From contig CATNEN010000030.1 of the NCBI GenBank assembly GCA_950097015.1, positions 186,001 to 250,000 of the forward strand: DNA of 64,000 bases, read 5' to 3'. Source of the DNA: Macrostomum hystrix. Taxonomy: Eukaryota; Animalia; Platyhelminthes. The notes beneath the pieces were generated by a model. That model saw only the letters and a program-made list of their open reading frames with translations. It was not told the origin of the DNA and did no database searches. This document shows, one piece after another, positions 60,013 through 64,000 of this stretch. A program made the translations under genes and the position numbers. Numbering within the stretch: the stretch's first letter is position 1; the number at the start of each line of letters is the position of its first letter.

Positions 60013-63000
60013 GCCAATTTGAAATTTTCATAAATTCAAGCACCACTAGGAGTGAAATGCTTGAAACTATACGCTTATCACTGAACTACGCCTACAACAA
60101 TAAATTAGTCATACGACAGGAAGTCTAATCTCATCTAGCAATAAAGTGCAGATAGTAATTTTCTAATAAGTATAGTCTAGTTGAACTAAAACGAGTTAAC
60201 GATCAGTCCAGTTAATAAGCTGACTTCATCACTGATCAAAGATTGAAGAAAACGAAAAGCTAGTTTCCCAGTGGTTTTGTCGTTACTGGAGCTTAATGCA
60301 TTTTTAGACCCATTGGACTCGGGAGGGCATGTATAGAAAAAGTAAGAGACTATGACAGAAATCGATAAAACTACATAAGGAAACTCATGTCGAAAGATGA
60401 GCCTAAATCTGCGTCCTATAAAACAAAGTCACTAAATTTGAAAAGTGAAAATTCCGAACAAAAAACTGCTTTCTAAATATTTTCAAAGATACGCACTTTT
60501 TTGATGTCCTTTTACTCCTGGTGGTCTTTGCATTAATGCTTTTTTAATATATAGTAAATGTCTTAAATTTGTTATGACATTCACGTGCAAAAATGCATGC
60601 AAGCGTAAATATACATTTTCAGATCTTGTAAATGTCACACCACAAAACCCATAAACAGACTTAAGGGTGTCAATATTAACCTACTCACTGTATTTTTTAT
60701 GTAAGTTTAGTCAACAGACATAATATAATATTAAGTATAGCTTCATATAAAGTCGCCGAATTGTCTATGGCCGACATGTAGATAGGATAGATAGAATCGC
60801 AGCAGGATTCGCAGTCAGAATGGCTATTTATGACTCATTAGTTCCAATTCACACGTCAAGACGCAGGCCGCGGAATTTCCTTCATACGCAAAAGTAGCTG
60901 TTTTATTTATAGATTCTAATTTTAGTATACTAAAATAAAATGAATGAACGAAACTGAGTTTTTCCAGCCAGCAACGAAGAGAGATAATGAATGTTGTAAG
61001 CAATACGCCATATTTTCTGATTACGAAAAAACAGCATTATCGACTTGCTGCTTTAAGTTACACAACTTAAACAATTTGTTTAATATTAGCTATGCCGTTG
61101 AACTAAAGTTTATATTTCGTAGCACAACAGACTTTGAACAACAATTAATAAGACTATAAAAACAAAACAATAACTGGTAGGCAAGAAATTATTTAATAAG
61201 CAGATAGGAGCCACATCATAACAGCTGTGCAACTTAAATTATTTTATAGCCTTCAAGCCCTACCTTTTTGCCTATTGGACAGTGAACCAGCAGCCAATCA
61301 GATAGGAGGGCAGTGGAGTGAGGTGGGTGCTATTCAGGGGGTTAGATAACCCAGACCAGAGATCATATGCCGCCTAGCTGAAATGCGGAAATAGCCTAAG
61401 AATTTGTTTATTTGTTGCTCACGGTTCTGTACATAATATTTTTTTACTAGCAATTTGTTTTTTTACAAAAAATGTGATGTGACAAAGCTGCGTTCGATAA
61501 ACGATGAACTTTGCCCGAAATTGCATTGCTTTAATATTGCTGTTATAGAAAAAAGCCGCAAAAGCGCGATAATTACTACTTAACACAAGTAGAGGAAAAG
61601 TATAATACGAGCAAGTGACGAACAGGGACTGTATTTAGACAATATAGTTAAATTTAAACGGGTTTTAATAAAAAAGCATAGATAGCCACAAATGACTGAC
61701 AAAATCTCTAACAATACCGGATGAAAAAAAACAGCTCAAAGACTTGATTTTGCTATACGAGCTATTTCAAAAAATCAAGTACAGCAGCAGTAGATTTTCT
61801 AAAAAAAACGATATCGAAACCACACGAAGCAGCTCGCTGGCAAATAAAATATCTGTACAGAAAAAGCTGAAGAAAAAACTAGAAATCGCAGTAAAAAAGT
61901 GAGAAATACACGATTGCCATATTTCAGCTGTGAAACTTTCTATTTGAAATTCATCACAAGTTTTCATGCAAAAAATGATATCAAGCCGTCGACTCTGACC
62001 TGGCTTAGATGGGCCTCTCCCAGATGAATAGACGAGCTATCTGAAATTCAAATTTTTCAATAGACGGACATAGACGGGCTAGCTCGAGTTTTTTTAGCAT
62101 GAGAATTCAGTTCGAGCCAAGTTTTCCGCTCTTCCAGTGAAGCTATTTACATAGTTTAGGGTTTGTATGCCTACTTTATTACTTTTGAGTAGCATTTAGA
62201 GGTTCACAACTTTTCAGAAGTTTACTATTTGACAGGGGCAGAATACACAGTACCGCAGATTAGGTCGTGTTTATTAGCCATGAGCTGAACCCAAGTCATT
62301 TCCTGGAGAATTAGCAATTTATTAGCAACATGCCTTGTGTATTGAGTGACTAATAGCATGTCAGGGACAACAAAAAAGCGACCATGTTTCAGTTGACCCT
62401 GTACCGTGTGCTATTCATTTATCTTTTTCAACTAGTCAAAGAAAAAGGTTATGTCCTGAACCTGTACCTGTACTTCAGTGCCATACCATTTAATTTTCAG
62501 ACTGAGCTATAATGAACTATTTCTATGCTTTTAAACCACCAGCTAAATAATATAAATCTAGCAACCTTGCTTTAGTTTGGAGCTCAAACATAATTCTTCA
62601 GCTGCTCCAAGTGTTACGTGCTACTGAAACAGCGAGAACGCATTCTTCAATCAAAAGAGCTAAGGAAATACGTCGGAACTGTGGTAAAACTCATGGATCT
62701 AAAGGACTAGACTTTAAAATGGGCCGGCGACAAAGAAGTCTGCGCATATCCCATGGACACCGGAGGAGCGAGCTGTCAAAGAAGTACTTGAACTCACTCC
62801 TGTTGTGTATGGACTGTTAGTTTAGCAAATGCACTAATGCTGCCTTCTTCGTGTCTATAGTCTAGGGTACAATATTTTATTTTTTTAAGAGCCGAAGGCT
62901 AACAGTATTGCAAAGAGCAAAAACGCGAGGTACACCGACTAGCGGCAAATAAATTAGACCATTTGATTCCGACCATAGACAAAAAAAATAAATTTCTCAC

Positions 63001-63638
63001 GAAGATACAGTCACGAAGCAGCCAGTCAGTCAGTGGTGGCAAAACGTAAAAGCCGAATTCAAAGTTCACTTCAATGTTCCATATAATGCTCCTTATTTCG
63101 AGGAGATTATATGATATAATATCCTGGTTTTTGTCAAATAATCTCACCAAAAATTACCATAGACAACACATTCCCGGCTCAGAATAGTACAATTTTTAGC
63201 GATTAAATAAGCAATCGTATTTTATATAAATCTTCTTCGACTTGACTTTGATGTCAGATGGTAGCCTGGAGGCAAGAGTCGGTACAGATATAACAACTCC
63301 ATCCAAGTCATAATTTGCTAGATGAGTATAGAGAAGAAAAACAAAACATAATAAATTAGGAATTGCTTCCCTTAAACTATTGGCTGCGTGAAACGGAACA
63401 TCGAATTGTGGGTCGGATTAGATCGAGCTTTTAGAAATTAGAATGTTTAAACCATCGATTTAGAGTGTGAGCGAGTGAATGAGTGCGTGTGAGTGAGGGT
63501 GTGTGTACATTAGGGGTAGAGGTTGAATAGAAGCTAGAGTGAATGTACATTACGGGTCTTGGCCTCTGTACATCGGGAGTTAAACATGAGCATACGAGGG
63601 CGAATGAGCACGCACCTGGCTTGTCAGTCCTTCTGTTC

Positions 63639-63875
63639 TTAATTGCCTGCCGAGCCAGAAGTGATGGCGGCCACAGCGGCGGCTCCAGCAGTGACGCTTC
63701 TAATCTGGGGCAGCCGATCGCGGGCTGTCTTTCGCTTTCGCCGGAGACCGTCGTCGACTAGTAGAGCGCCGCGGCTAAAGTCCGACATGATGTCGTCCAG
63801 TGCGCCGTCCTCAATAGTTCGGGTGTGTTTGCGCGGAGCGCGACGCTGCTGACTCAGATCTTCCGAGTCCTTGCG
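63639..63875 (-). CDS. Probable last exon of a diaphanous-related formin (DAD motif); rest of the gene lies beyond the window end
   Basis: Acceptor ctaatcaatgccag, 79 codons to TAA; DGALDDIMSDFSRGA...LRRKRK resembles the DAD core plus basic patch of DAAM/FMNL formins. Confidence 0.5.
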   Translation of the reverse strand, partial: RKDSEDLSQQRRAPRKHTRTIEDGALDDIMSDFSRGALLVDDGLRRKRKTARDRLPQIRSVTAGAAAVAAITSGSAGN

Positions 63876-64000
63876 CTGGCATTGATTAGAGATTATGATA
63901 GATTTTCACTACTGATTATACTACTGAATAAAACAAACAATACAGTAGTAGATAAAGATGCGAAAAAATTATCAAAGCAACTTAATACATTATAATAATA

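Overview
Eukaryotic genomic DNA: spliceosomal GT-AG introns, GC-rich exons, AT-rich introns. The overall style suggests a free-living flatworm such as Macrostomum, but that is an inference. I reconstructed gene models by hand from splice signals and phase arithmetic. They are: (1) the 3' four exons of a Fat/FAT4-type cadherin (+, 2277-13329); (2) an intronless 1056-aa orphan ORF (+); (3) a two-exon polyQ protein (+); (4) a muscarinic/histamine-H3-like aminergic GPCR (-) with an apparent 1-nt frameshift; (5) a three-exon NmrA-like gene (+), also with a 1-nt frameshift; (6) a four-exon divergent opsin (+) that keeps the retinal-binding Lys but lacks both usual counterion residues and the DRY/NPxxY motifs; (7) a three-exon prostanoid-receptor-like GPCR (-) whose first intron holds a DD34D mariner with an intact transposase ORF and ~110-bp TIRs; (8) a two-exon small Cys-rich type I membrane protein (+) with a tRNA-derived SINE in its intron; (9) the probable last exon of a formin (-). 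About 13 kb (~20%) of the window is some 23 mostly unrelated minisatellite arrays, concentrated at 20-57 kb. Several abut splice sites or a stop codon and carry splice-signal-like or AP-1 motifs. There is no evidence of CRISPR or prokaryotic systems. The best candidates for new biology are the atypical opsin, the splice-site-adjacent minisatellites, the orphan ORF and the long-TIR mariner.
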